Below the pieces are notes generated by a model, which was not told the DNA's origin, did not search any database, and saw only the letters and a list, made by a program, of their open reading frames with translations. Shown here piece by piece: positions 9,996 to 20,235 of a stretch of DNA of 64,000 nt (its first letter is position 1; each line of letters begins with the position of its first letter). The stretch covers positions 19,516 to 83,515 of the forward strand of contig CAWCOV010000041.1 in the NCBI GenBank assembly GCA_963797255.1. The letters are read 5' to 3'. The stretch comes from an uncultured Acidobacteriaceae bacterium (GTDB lineage: Bacteria > Acidobacteriota > Terriglobia > Terriglobales > Acidobacteriaceae). The translations under genes and the position numbers were made by a program.

Positions 9996-11126
9996 CCGTT
10001 CGTTCATCGGAATGTAGGGCGCCGGATAAGTCGGGCCGATATAGTCAGCGCGCGGACGAATCAGGCGATTGTCGTCGAGTTGTTCGATCACGTGCGCAGC
10101 CCATCCTGAGATGCGGCTCACGGCAAAGATCGGCGTAAACAGATCGAGATCGATTCCCAGCGTGGTGTACGTCGATGCGGAGTAGAAGTCGACGTTTGCA
10201 TTCAACTTCTTTTCCCGCAGAATGTACTGCTCAATCTGGCGCGACATCTCAAACCACTTGGCGTTGCCGGACGCCCGTCCAAGGCTCTCTGACATCTGCC
10301 GGAGGTGCGTCGCGCGAGGGTCCTCCGTGTGATACACGCGGTGCCCGAATCCCATTACCTTTTTCTTCTGTGCCAGCATCCCTTTCACATATTCCACTGG
10401 GTCCGCGCCTTCGGCATCAATCTGGAAAAGCAGCCGCATCACCGCTTCGTTCGCTCCGCCATGCAATGGCCCCTTCAGTGCGCCAATAGCTCCAGTAACT
10501 GCAGAGTGAATATCCGACAGGGTGGCGGCAATCACGCGGGCGGCAAAGGTCGAGGCATTCAATTCGTGGTCGGCGTGCAGGATAAGCGCGATATCGAGCG
10601 CTCGGGTAGCTGTTTCTATCGGTTTCTCACCGTTCAACATCCACAAAAAGTTGGCAGCGTGGGAAAGGGACTTGTCCGGCGGCAAAATCGGGAGATCTTT
10701 GCGGATTCGGTCATAAATCGCCACGATCATGGCAATCTGCGCAGTCAGGTGAAAGCTCTTGCGAATGTTGGAGTTATGGTTGTTCAGCTTCTCATCTTCA
10801 TCGTAAAAACTCAGGGCGGAAACCGCCGTACGCAACACTTCCATAGGTGTCGCTTTGCGCGGAAAGGCGCGCATCATGGAGATGATTCCCGGGTCAAGCA
10901 CTCGTGCTTCGGCAAGGTCGATTTTGAACTGGTCAAGCTCCGGCTGTGTAGGCAGCTTGCCGTTCCAAAGCAGGAAAGTTGTCTCTTCGAATGTGGACTT
11001 CTCCGCTAATTCGTGGATGTTGATGCCGCGATAGGCCAGTACTCCGGCATCCCCGTCGATCCAACAAATGCCCGAGTTGGCTGCGACAATCCCCTCAAGA
11101 CCCTTCACTGCGGTCGAAGTCGACAT
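9993..11126 (-). CDS. gltA: citrate synthase (small, about 375-aa type; 2-methylcitrate synthase not excluded)
   Basis: 377 aa. LILHADHELNASTFAARV, GALKGPLHGGANE, GFGHRVYHTEDPR and DFYSA motifs. Confidence 0.85.
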   Translation of the reverse strand: MSTSTAVKGLEGIVAANSGICWIDGDAGVLAYRGINIHELAEKSTFEETTFLLWNGKLPTQPELDQFKIDLAEARVLDPGIISMMRAFPRKATPMEVLRTAVSALSFYDEDEKLNNHNSNIRKSFHLTAQIAMIVAIYDRIRKDLPILPPDKSLSHAANFLWMLNGEKPIETATRALDIALILHADHELNASTFAARVIAATLSDIHSAVTGAIGALKGPLHGGANEAVMRLLFQIDAEGADPVEYVKGMLAQKKKVMGFGHRVYHTEDPRATHLRQMSESLGRASGNAKWFEMSRQIEQYILREKKLNANVDFYSASTYTTLGIDLDLFTPIFAVSRISGWAAHVIEQLDDNRLIRPRADYIGPTYPAPYIPMNER

Positions 11127-11336
11127 AACTTTCCACTCTCCCTGTATCTAGCTTTCTTATGAATGCGATGCGTCAAAGACGCGAGTCCGTCACGGCACCC
11201 GCTGGTGCGTGATTTTCTGCGCTGCGGGAGACCGAAATCGTATTTCGAATATCTTTGATTTATAGCGCAGTGAACCATGCTTGTCACTTGCAGGATTGGA
11301 CTGCCGAATCTCGAAGTTAGTTGCAAGCCCTTGAAA

Positions 11337-12434
11337 TCAGCCTTGCGCCGCCACAAATCGCTCCGGCGCGAAGCATTCAACCGGCACGGAAGGGGACTCG
11401 CCTGTGAGCAATTCCCGCATGATTCTGGCCGTGGCGGGAGCCAGTAGAATTCCATTTCTGAAATGTCCCGCTGCCATCCACAGTCTTTTGTCTGCGCAGG
11501 ATCCCATAACGGGCAGTCCGTCGCGAGAACCCGGCCTTAGTCCAGCCCAGGTGTCCACGAGTCGCGAAGACGCAAGCGGAGGCCAAAGGTCCGCCGCCTC
11601 TGCCACGAGGGTGCGCGCCACTTCACCGTCTGCAGCCTTGTCAAACCCCGCGCGCAGCACGGTGGCGCCGATGACTACTCGACCATCTCCGCGGGGAACC
11701 AAGTAAGTTTCAGGCGTGCGCAAAACGCCATTCAGGCTCACACCGGCGTCCAATTTCACGGTGACCAACTGTCCCTTGCGTGGCTCGATACCAAATAACT
11801 CCGAAGAAAGGTCCCCGGTTGATCCCGGCAAATTTCCGGCCCATGCGCCACAGCAATTCAGAAATGCATCCGCGGAAATCGTTCCACGAGAGGTTTTCAC
11901 CATCACGCCGTTTGTCTCGGCTTTTAGTCCATCCACCGTAGTCTGCTCGCGCAATTCAACTCCGGCCGCCACAGCTGCTTTGGGCAATGCTAGGCACAAA
12001 TCTCTCGGGTCGAGACTGTCTTCCTCCAACAGCAGAAAGTCACGATTCGCGCTGTTCAGGCCGGGAATAAGACGCTCTACCTCAGACTCATCGACCAGCC
12101 GCCCAAGCGTGCCAGCGTTCGCAGGGAGTGGCTCGCTTGATCGGGAGCCTTGCAGCGCAAAACGCGTTCGCAGCGGAATACTCTGCTTGGATAGGCTCTC
12201 AAGCCTCGCAATGTAGGCGGGGTAAAGCGACAGGCTCAGCTCTGACAGCGTCTGCAGAATGGGCGGGTTTTCGGGATCATGGGCTGCCAGCATGCCGGCA
12301 GCAGCCCACGACGCCTCACTCATCGCCCGGCCCCGCTCCAACACCGTGACTCGAAAACCGTTATCGGCCAACTCGAGCGCGACGGATAATCCGATAATGC
12401 CGCCGCCCGCTATCACCACATCTGCAGTTCTCAC
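11337..12434 (-). CDS. thiO: FAD-dependent glycine oxidase-like oxidoreductase (ThiO/DAO family)
   Basis: N-terminal dinucleotide fold DVVIAGGGIIGLSVALELA. C-terminal WAGLRPGSRDGLPVMG and AAGHFRNGILLAPATA resemble ThiO. Confidence 0.6.
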   Translation of the reverse strand: MRTADVVIAGGGIIGLSVALELADNGFRVTVLERGRAMSEASWAAAGMLAAHDPENPPILQTLSELSLSLYPAYIARLESLSKQSIPLRTRFALQGSRSSEPLPANAGTLGRLVDESEVERLIPGLNSANRDFLLLEEDSLDPRDLCLALPKAAVAAGVELREQTTVDGLKAETNGVMVKTSRGTISADAFLNCCGAWAGNLPGSTGDLSSELFGIEPRKGQLVTVKLDAGVSLNGVLRTPETYLVPRGDGRVVIGATVLRAGFDKAADGEVARTLVAEAADLWPPLASSRLVDTWAGLRPGSRDGLPVMGSCADKRLWMAAGHFRNGILLAPATARIMRELLTGESPSVPVECFAPERFVAAQG

Positions 12435-12558
12435 ACGTCTATTCTAGGGTGGAACAGAAGATGTTTGAAATTTGCCAAGCTTGGGTCATGCGGAAGAGCT
12501 TGTTAAAGCTTTTCCTTGCACCTGCTGGCAGGGTCTTGCAGAATGGAACCATTCAACT

Positions 12559-13380
12559 ATGAGCGACTTCAACGAAGCACCAGAACGGAATTACACCTCC
12601 CTCTACGTCGGCGGTCTTATTCTCGCGATTCTTACCTCGATCGGTGGATTGGTCTGGAGCTATACGCTCTCCAGTCGACTGACCAAGTCAGAAGCGGCGC
12701 TGATTGCAGCGAACAAGGATAATGACAAGCTGGCTGCCGAACTGAAGGAAACAGATGCCCGCCTGACCGTCACTTCTGAGACGCTCGGGAAATCCGTCGG
12801 CATGACCCAGAAACAGCTTGAAGTGAAGGCTGCTCAGCTTTTGGCGCGCCAGCAATCCGAGTCCTCCAAGTTCGAAAAGGCCCAAACCGAGACGCGTACT
12901 CAGATTGGAGCCGTTTCGACCGAAGTGGCAGGGGTCAAGACTGACGTTGGCGGCGTGAAGACGGACGTGGCCAAAACGCAGAGCGATCTGATTGCCACCC
13001 AGGGTCAGTTGCAAAGCATGAAGGGTGATCTTGGCATTCAGAGCGGGCTCATTGCGCACAACAAGGACGAGCTTGAAACCCTGAAGCATAAGGGTGACCG
13101 GAACTATTACGAATTCACCCTGAACAAGGGTGGCAAGCCCATTCCGGTGGGGATCGTCAGCCTGGAGTTGAAGAAGGCCGACCAGAAGAAGAGCCGCTTT
13201 ACGCTCAACGTGATCTCCGACGACAAGAAGATTGAGAAGAAGGACAAGGGGCTGAACGAGCCTGTCCAGTTCTATACCGGCAAGGATCCCATGCTATATG
13301 AGCTGGTAGTGAACACCATCAATAAGAACCAGGTCGTCGGCTACGTCTCCGCGCCGAAGACTGCCACCGTCCGGCAATAG
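12559..13380 (+). CDS. hypothetical membrane-anchored coiled-coil protein
   Basis: ATG 12559 is preferred over the longer ORF. One TM (LYVGGLILAILTSIGGLVWSY). A long coiled coil carries the short tandem repeat GVKTDVGGVKTDV. Lys-rich C-terminal beta-like domain. Confidence 0.6.
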   Translation: MSDFNEAPERNYTSLYVGGLILAILTSIGGLVWSYTLSSRLTKSEAALIAANKDNDKLAAELKETDARLTVTSETLGKSVGMTQKQLEVKAAQLLARQQSESSKFEKAQTETRTQIGAVSTEVAGVKTDVGGVKTDVAKTQSDLIATQGQLQSMKGDLGIQSGLIAHNKDELETLKHKGDRNYYEFTLNKGGKPIPVGIVSLELKKADQKKSRFTLNVISDDKKIEKKDKGLNEPVQFYTGKDPMLYELVVNTINKNQVVGYVSAPKTATVRQ

Positions 13381-13413
13381 ATGGGGCCGATTCGTCATCG
13401 GCCCTCGCCCTAC

Positions 13414-14022
13414 CTACTGCGGAACGTGAATAGTCAGCGTCTTCTGGTGCATGAAGACCACGTTGATGTTGAGCGATTTTTTCTGATCGTATTGAGCGCC
13501 CGTGATCGGAAACGGGAACAGCATCATGCCTTCCACCGTCTGCCCCGGCTCAATGGTGATATCGCGCAGGATTGGCTCGCCCTTCAGAGGTTGTAGCTGC
13601 GGATAGGCAACAAAAGCTCTGCCAAAATCGGACTTGTTCGCCGCAATGCTGGTGCGCTCAACGTCGTCGGGAAGCGCCAGTGACGCGTACATCTCGTGTA
13701 GAAACAGCGGAATGTTCGTTTGGTTGTGCAGACGCACCTGTGCCATCACCAGCACCTCGTCGAACGCATCTGTCTGTCCGGGCATGCCTGCGGCAGCAGG
13801 AAGATCCGATTGCTGGTGAATTGGAATTGCGCTTACATGGATCAACTCACCGGTAGCGACAGGCGGTTTTTCTCCCATATACACGTAGGCGCCGACTGCC
13901 GCAACGACGAGAACAAGGGCAATCAGTACCGCTTTCAAGGCATTTGAGGCCGGATCGCGAGGTTCCTGGCTCCGGTAGGTGTCATTGGGGACGGTTTGTG
14001 TCGAGCTTGAATTGTCAGTCAC
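13414..14022 (-). CDS. hypothetical single-pass membrane protein
   Basis: 202 aa. TM LKAVLIALVLVVAAVGAYVYM followed by a beta-rich ectodomain. No motif recognised. Confidence 0.55.
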   Translation of the reverse strand: MTDNSSSTQTVPNDTYRSQEPRDPASNALKAVLIALVLVVAAVGAYVYMGEKPPVATGELIHVSAIPIHQQSDLPAAAGMPGQTDAFDEVLVMAQVRLHNQTNIPLFLHEMYASLALPDDVERTSIAANKSDFGRAFVAYPQLQPLKGEPILRDITIEPGQTVEGMMLFPFPITGAQYDQKKSLNINVVFMHQKTLTIHVPQ

Positions 14023-14089
14023 AGTGCTCAGATTCTAACGCGAACGGATCAAAATCGTAGCGGAAAGCTTTACACACCCAATTAGCTAT

Positions 14090-15832
14090 TTAAGGGCGCT
14101 GCCGAAGTGTTAGAAGGAAGTCATTAGCGCTCCGAGTATTGAGGACGTCAGCTTTCGTCAGCCACGCGCGTCGAAGCTGCAGCACACCATAGCGCATTTT
14201 TCCAAAACTGCTCGTGTGATGCGCATCCGTGTTGATCACGATTTTTGCGCCCAGCTCTTTCGCCATTCTCAAATCACGGTCACAAAGATCCAGGCGGTTA
14301 GGATCCGAATTGTGTTCCATGGCAACACCAAGCTCGGCTGCCTTCCTGAAAATCTGGCCAAGATCCAATTTGTAGCCCTCGCGGCGAAGCAGCATCCGGC
14401 CCGTGGGGTGACCGAGAATCTGAAGATAGGGATTCTCAATCGCACGCAATACCCTCGCCGTCATCTCCTCTTCCGGTTGGCTGAACAGTGAGTGGACGCT
14501 GCCGATCACCACGTCCATCTGTGCGAGAACGTCGTTGGAGAGATCCAGTTCACCATCGCCAAGAATATCGACCTCGATGCCAGTGAAGATCCGGATGCGG
14601 CCCTCCATCTCGCGCCCGACATCTTTGATCTTGCTCAATTGCTCTAATGCGCGCGCTTCATCCAGGCCATTCGTCATCGCAAGATTCTTGGAGTGATCAG
14701 TGATCGCGATGTACTCATATCCGCGCTCCACTGCAGCATCGGCCATCTCGCGTATCGTGTTACGGCCATCGGTGGCCACGGTGTGACTATGCACATCGCC
14801 ACGAATATCGCTCAACTCTACGAGCTGAGGGAGCCTGTGCTCGACCGCGGCTTCCAGCTCTCCGTTGTTCTCACGCATCTCTGGCGGAACCCAATCCATG
14901 CCAAGAGCGGCGTAAATATCCAACTCTGTCGCGCCGGCCACCATCGAGCCGTCGTCCAGCCGAGCCAATGCGTATTCGCTCAACGTATATCCATGCTTCA
15001 GGGCGCGTTGTCGCAACGCAACGTTGTGCGTTTTTGAACCGGTGAAGTATTGCAGGGCCGCTCCATACGAGGCGCGCGGCAAAAGCCTGACGTCGCACTG
15101 CAATCCGCTGCGAAGCAGAAAGCTCACCTTATTTTGCCCCCTGGCAATTGTGTTGGCGATCGGCGGATAGGCCGCCGTATATTCAACCGCGGCACTCACC
15201 AGGTTCTCTTCGCATGCGGGTCCGGTGGCCAGCAGATCGATATCGCCTATCGTGTCCCGCCCGCGTCTCAACGATCCCGCAGGGATCACCTCGTCAATGC
15301 CGGGAAATGCTTTCAGGTACGTTGCAACTTTCTCTGCAGCGTCCTCAGCTGCATCAAGGCGAAAGCGTCCGGTGTTTCTCCGATACTCCGCGAGGCCTTT
15401 CTTTAGTTTCTCCGCCTGCTTCTTTCCGAAGCGAGGCAGCGTCTCGAGTTTTCCTGCTTCGAGTGCAGATTCTAGTGAGTCAATATCGGCAACTTGAAGC
15501 GTCTCCCACAACAGGCCCACAGTCTTTGGTCCCATGCCCGGCAGGCGAAGCAATTCGAGCATGCTCGATTTGTATTTCGTTAACAATTCTTCACGCAGTG
15601 GCAGCGTGCCCGTCTGCTCCAACGCGAGCAGGTTGGCCGCCATCCCTTTGCCGATTCCGGGAATCTCCTGCAGCTTCTTGGGGTCTGCCGCAATTGCATT
15701 CAACTGCACGGTTGTCGACTCCACTGCGTCGGCTGCATTGCGGTAGGAGCGAATGCGGAACGAGTCACCGCCGCTGATCTCCAGCAGGTCGGCTGTCTCC
15801 GCCAGCATTCTCGCCATCGTTCTGTTATCCAT
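14090..15832 (-). CDS. polX: family X DNA polymerase with C-terminal PHP domain (PolX)
   Basis: 580 aa. HhH segments (IPGIGKGMA, LPGMGPKTV). Pol-beta-type nucleotidyltransferase GSLRRGRDTIGDIDLL. PHP histidines (GDVHSHT, ITDHS, GHP, NTDAHH). Confidence 0.9.
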   Translation of the reverse strand: MDNRTMARMLAETADLLEISGGDSFRIRSYRNAADAVESTTVQLNAIAADPKKLQEIPGIGKGMAANLLALEQTGTLPLREELLTKYKSSMLELLRLPGMGPKTVGLLWETLQVADIDSLESALEAGKLETLPRFGKKQAEKLKKGLAEYRRNTGRFRLDAAEDAAEKVATYLKAFPGIDEVIPAGSLRRGRDTIGDIDLLATGPACEENLVSAAVEYTAAYPPIANTIARGQNKVSFLLRSGLQCDVRLLPRASYGAALQYFTGSKTHNVALRQRALKHGYTLSEYALARLDDGSMVAGATELDIYAALGMDWVPPEMRENNGELEAAVEHRLPQLVELSDIRGDVHSHTVATDGRNTIREMADAAVERGYEYIAITDHSKNLAMTNGLDEARALEQLSKIKDVGREMEGRIRIFTGIEVDILGDGELDLSNDVLAQMDVVIGSVHSLFSQPEEEMTARVLRAIENPYLQILGHPTGRMLLRREGYKLDLGQIFRKAAELGVAMEHNSDPNRLDLCDRDLRMAKELGAKIVINTDAHHTSSFGKMRYGVLQLRRAWLTKADVLNTRSANDFLLTLRQRP

Positions 15833-15892
15833 TTACCGTTCCGTCCTCTGCGGAATACTACTCTGAGCCGACTCGCGGCGAGACATGCGCAT

Positions 15893-15930
15893 GAAAAACC
15901 CAGCCCCGCGAGAGCGGAAAGCTGGGTTTC
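15893..15930 (-). terminator. intrinsic terminator downstream of the cold-shock gene
   Basis: Stem AAACCCAGC (15896-15904) / GCTGGGTTT (15921-15929). On the minus strand it is followed by TTTTT. Confidence 0.6.
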
Positions 15931-16055
15931 TGGTGTAGCGTCAATCGGTTAGTGAAAAGTTTATTGAGATGACTGCGATTCGCAAGTTTGCTCGAACCTC
16001 CGAACGAGGAACTTGCCTTTCTTTTGGCGGCATTCCCGCCAGCCAATCTTTACGG

Positions 16056-16274
16056 TCAGGCTACTTCCCGCATGCGTATTACAGAATCAGCCTGCGGGCC
16101 TTTTTGGCCTTCAATGATGTCGAACTCCACTTCGTCACCCTCTTTCAAGCTCTTGTAGCCATCAAGCTGAATGGCGCTGTAGTGGACGAAAACATCGGGA
16201 CCATCATCGCGTCCGATAAAGCCGTATCCCTTCGCGTTGTTAAACCACTTCACCTTACCTTTGTAATTAGCCAC
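16056..16274 (-). CDS. cold-shock protein (CspA family)
   Basis: 72 aa. [16 protein letters not shown] (RNP1) and DVFVHYSAI (RNP2). GTG start. Confidence 0.95.
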   Translation of the reverse strand: MANYKGKVKWFNNAKGYGFIGRDDGPDVFVHYSAIQLDGYKSLKEGDEVEFDIIEGQKGPQADSVIRMREVA

Positions 16275-16442
16275 AAGCCACTTACCTTCCTCGGAGCAGA
16301 TCGAGGCTGGGGGGAACCCAACCTGCCATGACTAGACAGACGCAGCTAGTGGCTGATTGGTTACCCCAAAATGCAGTTCTGTACGAAAAAAACGAAAGGG
16401 AATCATGCGTGGTAACCGAGAATCAGCGAAGTGCCTTTGTCC

Positions 16443-17069
16443 TCATGCGTTTGTGCGCTTTTTCGCGCGAATTCCATTCTGCCGCGCATACAACATCACC
16501 GAGATCAGCGTTTTTCCGTCTAGAATCTTCCCCTCATCAATCATTCGCAAAATCTCTGAGACCGGCACCAGCTTGATTTCGATGAATTCATCTTCTTCCG
16601 GTTGCGCCACGCCCAGAGTCAAACCTTCGGCCAGAAACACTTGCATCCATTCACCTAGAAAGCCAGGACTCGCAAAATATCGCACCAGCTTGGACCATTT
16701 TTTCGCGCGATATCCGGTCTCTTCGATCAACTCGCGCTTTGCGCCCGCGAGCGGCTTTTCACCCGCGTCCATTTTTCCCGCAGGCAATTCCCACAAATAT
16801 TGATTCGCGGCGTGGCGATATTGCCTCTCCATCACGATTGAGGGATCGCTCTTGCTTCGCGAGTCATCCACCGCAAGTATTACCACCGAGCCGTTGTGGC
16901 GGATCACGTCACGACGCGATACCTGGCCGCCGGGCTCGCTCACCATGTCGGTAAACACGTTGAAGAGAGGTCCCTGGTAGCTCAAGGTCGATGAAATCAC
17001 CTTGATATTCTTGTTGGTCTTCGGGGTTAAAGGATCCGATTTCTTCAGTGCCGCCTTCTTCGTCGCCAT
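16443..17069 (-). CDS. NUDIX hydrolase (ADP-ribose pyrophosphatase-like)
   Basis: Nudix box GKMDAGEKPLAGAKRELIEETGY. ATG 17069 is preceded by GAGCGAGGAAGC. Confidence 0.8.
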   Translation of the reverse strand: MATKKAALKKSDPLTPKTNKNIKVISSTLSYQGPLFNVFTDMVSEPGGQVSRRDVIRHNGSVVILAVDDSRSKSDPSIVMERQYRHAANQYLWELPAGKMDAGEKPLAGAKRELIEETGYRAKKWSKLVRYFASPGFLGEWMQVFLAEGLTLGVAQPEEDEFIEIKLVPVSEILRMIDEGKILDGKTLISVMLYARQNGIRAKKRTNA

Positions 17070-17128
17070 GCTTCCTCGCTCTTGTAGGTTTCTCATTTAC
17101 GGTACCATTCGGTCGGGAACCTCATTGC

Positions 17129-18046
17129 ATGAATCCTCAACCAATCTCGCGTCGAAGGGTGTCTGAAATAGAGAATGCGAAGACGATTTCCTCCGTCACC
17201 GTGATCGGGATGGGGAATTGGGGCACATCGCTTGTGGCCTCACTAAAATCTGCAGGCATTCCGCCACGCGAGGTTGTGGTTCGCAGAACGCCGGCTCGCA
17301 AGCTTCTGGATTTGAAAATCACCACTCTCGATCGCGCCAATCTGGATGCGCAACTCATCTGGCTGTGTGTGCCCGATCGGATGATTGCGGGGATCGCAGC
17401 AGGCATCGTGCATCGCAGAAAGCAACAGGGCCTCGGATTGAAGGGGCAAATCCTGGTGCATTCGAGCGGCGTTCTATCGGTTGATGTGTTAGTAGCGGCT
17501 CAAACCGCCGGTGCTCGCGTAGCTGGCATCCATCCCCTGATGACTTTCCCAACGAGGAAGCCGGTATCGCTGGCGAATGTGCCGTTCTCGATTGAGGCCT
17601 CACCGTCGTTATACAAGCCGCTCTTTGCGCTGGTGCGTGCCCTGGGAGGCGTGCCCTTTCGCATTCCTTCGCAAAGCAAGGCACTGTACCACGCCGCAGC
17701 CACCATGGCCTCTCCTCTGCTGCTCAGCGCATTGGTCGCCGCGCAACAGACCGCAATCCTCGCCGGCCTGTCCCGCGAGCAGGCCGCCAAGCTTCTCGCC
17801 CCCATGGCGGCACGCACAATTGCGAACTTTCTGGACAAAGGACCCTCCAAAAGTTTCAGCGGGCCAATTGCCCGCGGAGATGCCGAAACGATTGAACTGC
17901 ATCTTTGGGCCCTCTCCGAGCATCCGATTCTTGCTGACACTTATAGGGCGCTGGCGTTGAATGCGGTGGAATACCTGCCGTCGAGCAAGAAGCAGGATAT
18001 CGTTCGCAAGCTTGCGAAGCGCAAAAGTACGACGCAGGGTGGGTAA
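17129..18046 (+). CDS. Rossmann-like oxidoreductase with DUF2520 C-terminal domain
   Basis: VTVIGMGNWGTSL dinucleotide fold. C-terminal SGPIARGD motif typical of DUF2520 proteins. ATG 17129 chosen. Confidence 0.6.
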   Translation: MNPQPISRRRVSEIENAKTISSVTVIGMGNWGTSLVASLKSAGIPPREVVVRRTPARKLLDLKITTLDRANLDAQLIWLCVPDRMIAGIAAGIVHRRKQQGLGLKGQILVHSSGVLSVDVLVAAQTAGARVAGIHPLMTFPTRKPVSLANVPFSIEASPSLYKPLFALVRALGGVPFRIPSQSKALYHAAATMASPLLLSALVAAQQTAILAGLSREQAAKLLAPMAARTIANFLDKGPSKSFSGPIARGDAETIELHLWALSEHPILADTYRALALNAVEYLPSSKKQDIVRKLAKRKSTTQGG

Positions 18047-18117
18047 GGTTGCATTTTGCAGGCTCCATGAGAGACTGACTAAGCGCTCCTGCTGGCAGAT
18101 TCCGGGCAGGTTGCAGT

Positions 18118-19746
18118 GTGGGAATACCATTTTCGAAAGAGAGATTGGCTTTGCAGACTGAGTGTTATCCCATCTCGAATCTGCCCCACCTGAGCCGCAT
18201 CTTCAGGGATTTCTGTGAGCGGACTGAGCCGCTATCACCTTTCTTTGCGAATACGCCTCGCTCCAGCGCGTGGATGCAGACAAAGTTTCCCGATTACGAC
18301 GCAAAATCCCGTTCCCGCCTCGCTGATCTTCTCACCGCTCAAAACACCCACCCCGCAGCACTCGCCAACATCGAAAAAATCCGTCAGGGCGCGAGTGTGG
18401 TCGTAAGCGGACAACAGGTCGGCTTGTTCGGTGGTCCTCTCTACACGCTTTTGAAGGCGGCTACGGCCATACGCAAGGCTCAGGACGCCAACGCGGCAGG
18501 AATTCCGCACGTACCCGTCTTCTGGCTGGCGACCGAAGACCACGACTTTGAGGAAGTGAATCACGTTACTCTTCCCGCAGGTCGCACCGTTGAGACGTTG
18601 CGCTACCACGGCGGCCACCCAGCTCATGTTCCCGTAGGCGGAGTGGTCTTCAGCGATGAGATTGGGGCGCTCGTCGATCAATTGGAGAGCCTGACTGGCC
18701 TTGGCGACACAGTGGACCAGTTGCGAAGCAGCTATCGTCCCGGCCGCACCTTTGGACAGGCTTTTCTTGAATGGATAGCGCAGGCATTCTCTTCGCAGGG
18801 CCTGGTTGTCATGGACGCTTCCAGCCGCGATTTCCATTCTCAGGGCTCCAGCACTCTGAGGTATGCGATCGAGCAAGCTGGAGAATTGCGCGATGCGCTT
18901 GTGGAGCGGGACAAACTGCTCGCCGCATCGAACTATCATTCGCAGGTACTCGTAGGCTCTCAATCAAGCCTGTTGTTCCTGATCGATGGCGACAGCGGTG
19001 CCCGGCAGGCTCTCAAGTATCAATCCGAAGACAAGTGGACCGCAGGGAGGCATACGTATTCGAGCGCTGACCTGCTCGCAATTTTGGAGAGCGAGCCGGA
19101 GCGGCTGAGCCCGAATGCACTATTGCGCCCCATTTTTCAGGATTCCATTCTGCCAACTTCGGCATACATCGGCGGCCCCGCCGAGATCGCCTACTTCGCG
19201 CAGTCGAATGTGCTGTATGAAAAAATTCTCGGCCGCATTACTACTGTTCTTCCGCGTTTAACCGCGACTCTGATTGAGCCGCAGATCGCCGAGATTCTTC
19301 ACCGCCACGAAGTGACCGTGCCGGATGTTCTGCAGTCCAGCACAGACGATCTTGCCCAGCGGATCGGCGCGAGATCAATGCCGGTCGAAGCCAAGCAGAA
19401 GTTGGCGTCTGCTGGCACCGCCCTGGACATGGAACTCTCCACTTTGACGCAATACATGACGGCTCTCGATCAAAACCTGGGCCGCTCGGCGGAAGTCGCC
19501 GCGTCCAAAATGCGCTATCAGATGAACCGTCTGCGCCGCCTTTCCGCGAACTATCAGCTTCAGAAGGAAGCCGGCCTGCTTCGTCAGGCGGAAGCACTCT
19601 CCCTCGCGATCTTTCCTGACCGTCATCCTCAGGAGCGGCTGATCGGAGCGGCATACTTCCTGGCGCGCTACGGAGAGAGCCTCACAGAATTGCTCATCAG
19701 CGAGGCAGGGCAGGAGTGTCCGGGCCACAAAGTGCTATTTCTCTAG
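18118..19746 (+). CDS. bshC: bacillithiol biosynthesis cysteine-adding enzyme BshC
   Basis: 542 aa. Signature VVSGQQVGLFGGPLYTLLKAATAIRKA. Length and C-terminal coiled coil fit BshC. GTG start is uncertain. Confidence 0.8.
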   Translation: MGIPFSKERLALQTECYPISNLPHLSRIFRDFCERTEPLSPFFANTPRSSAWMQTKFPDYDAKSRSRLADLLTAQNTHPAALANIEKIRQGASVVVSGQQVGLFGGPLYTLLKAATAIRKAQDANAAGIPHVPVFWLATEDHDFEEVNHVTLPAGRTVETLRYHGGHPAHVPVGGVVFSDEIGALVDQLESLTGLGDTVDQLRSSYRPGRTFGQAFLEWIAQAFSSQGLVVMDASSRDFHSQGSSTLRYAIEQAGELRDALVERDKLLAASNYHSQVLVGSQSSLLFLIDGDSGARQALKYQSEDKWTAGRHTYSSADLLAILESEPERLSPNALLRPIFQDSILPTSAYIGGPAEIAYFAQSNVLYEKILGRITTVLPRLTATLIEPQIAEILHRHEVTVPDVLQSSTDDLAQRIGARSMPVEAKQKLASAGTALDMELSTLTQYMTALDQNLGRSAEVAASKMRYQMNRLRRLSANYQLQKEAGLLRQAEALSLAIFPDRHPQERLIGAAYFLARYGESLTELLISEAGQECPGHKVLFL

Positions 19747-19847
19747 CAGATTCGCTTCACCCCTTCCCGATTTTCTCCTGAAATAAATCCAATTTGAGTG
19801 GACCTATGGCCGAGTGTTGCGCGGTGTCCTACAATACGCGCAGTGCC

Positions 19848-20159
19848 ATGCCAACCTCATCAAACAACACGTTCGATGTAACTTGCCCGGATTGCGGGGC
19901 CGTACTGAAGATTGACGCGACCTCCCGTGCCATCGTCTCTCACACACCTGCTCCTCGGAAACGTATGTTCGAGGATTTTGAAACGGCCGCGAAGGCCATG
20001 CGCGAACAGGACGAGCGTAAGGAGAGCATTTTTCGTCAGGCTGTAGATGCGGAAAAGAACAAGGAAGACCTGATGGCCAAGAGATTTGCCGAGGCCTTCC
20101 GTAAAGCTAAGGAAACTCCTGACACAGAAAAGCCTTTGCGCGAATTTGACCTCGACTAA
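19848..20159 (+). CDS. zinc-ribbon (single visible CxxC, MJ0042-like) plus charged helical tail protein
   Basis: ATG 19848. FDVTCPDCGAVLKID knuckle followed by a Lys/Glu-rich helix. Confidence 0.55.
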   Translation: MPTSSNNTFDVTCPDCGAVLKIDATSRAIVSHTPAPRKRMFEDFETAAKAMREQDERKESIFRQAVDAEKNKEDLMAKRFAEAFRKAKETPDTEKPLREFDLD

Positions 20160-20235
20160 CGCGCATCTAACTTCGAAGCGTTATGCAGTGTTTGCTGTCC
20201 AGAATTCAACCGAGAGAAGAGAGCTGAACATCACC

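Noticed and set aside
12526-12540. Sigma-54-like element TGGCAGGGTCTTGCA upstream of the coiled-coil membrane protein gene.
   Set aside because: The GG and GC dinucleotides are separated by 9 nt instead of the strictly conserved 10, so it does not fit the -24/-12 geometry.
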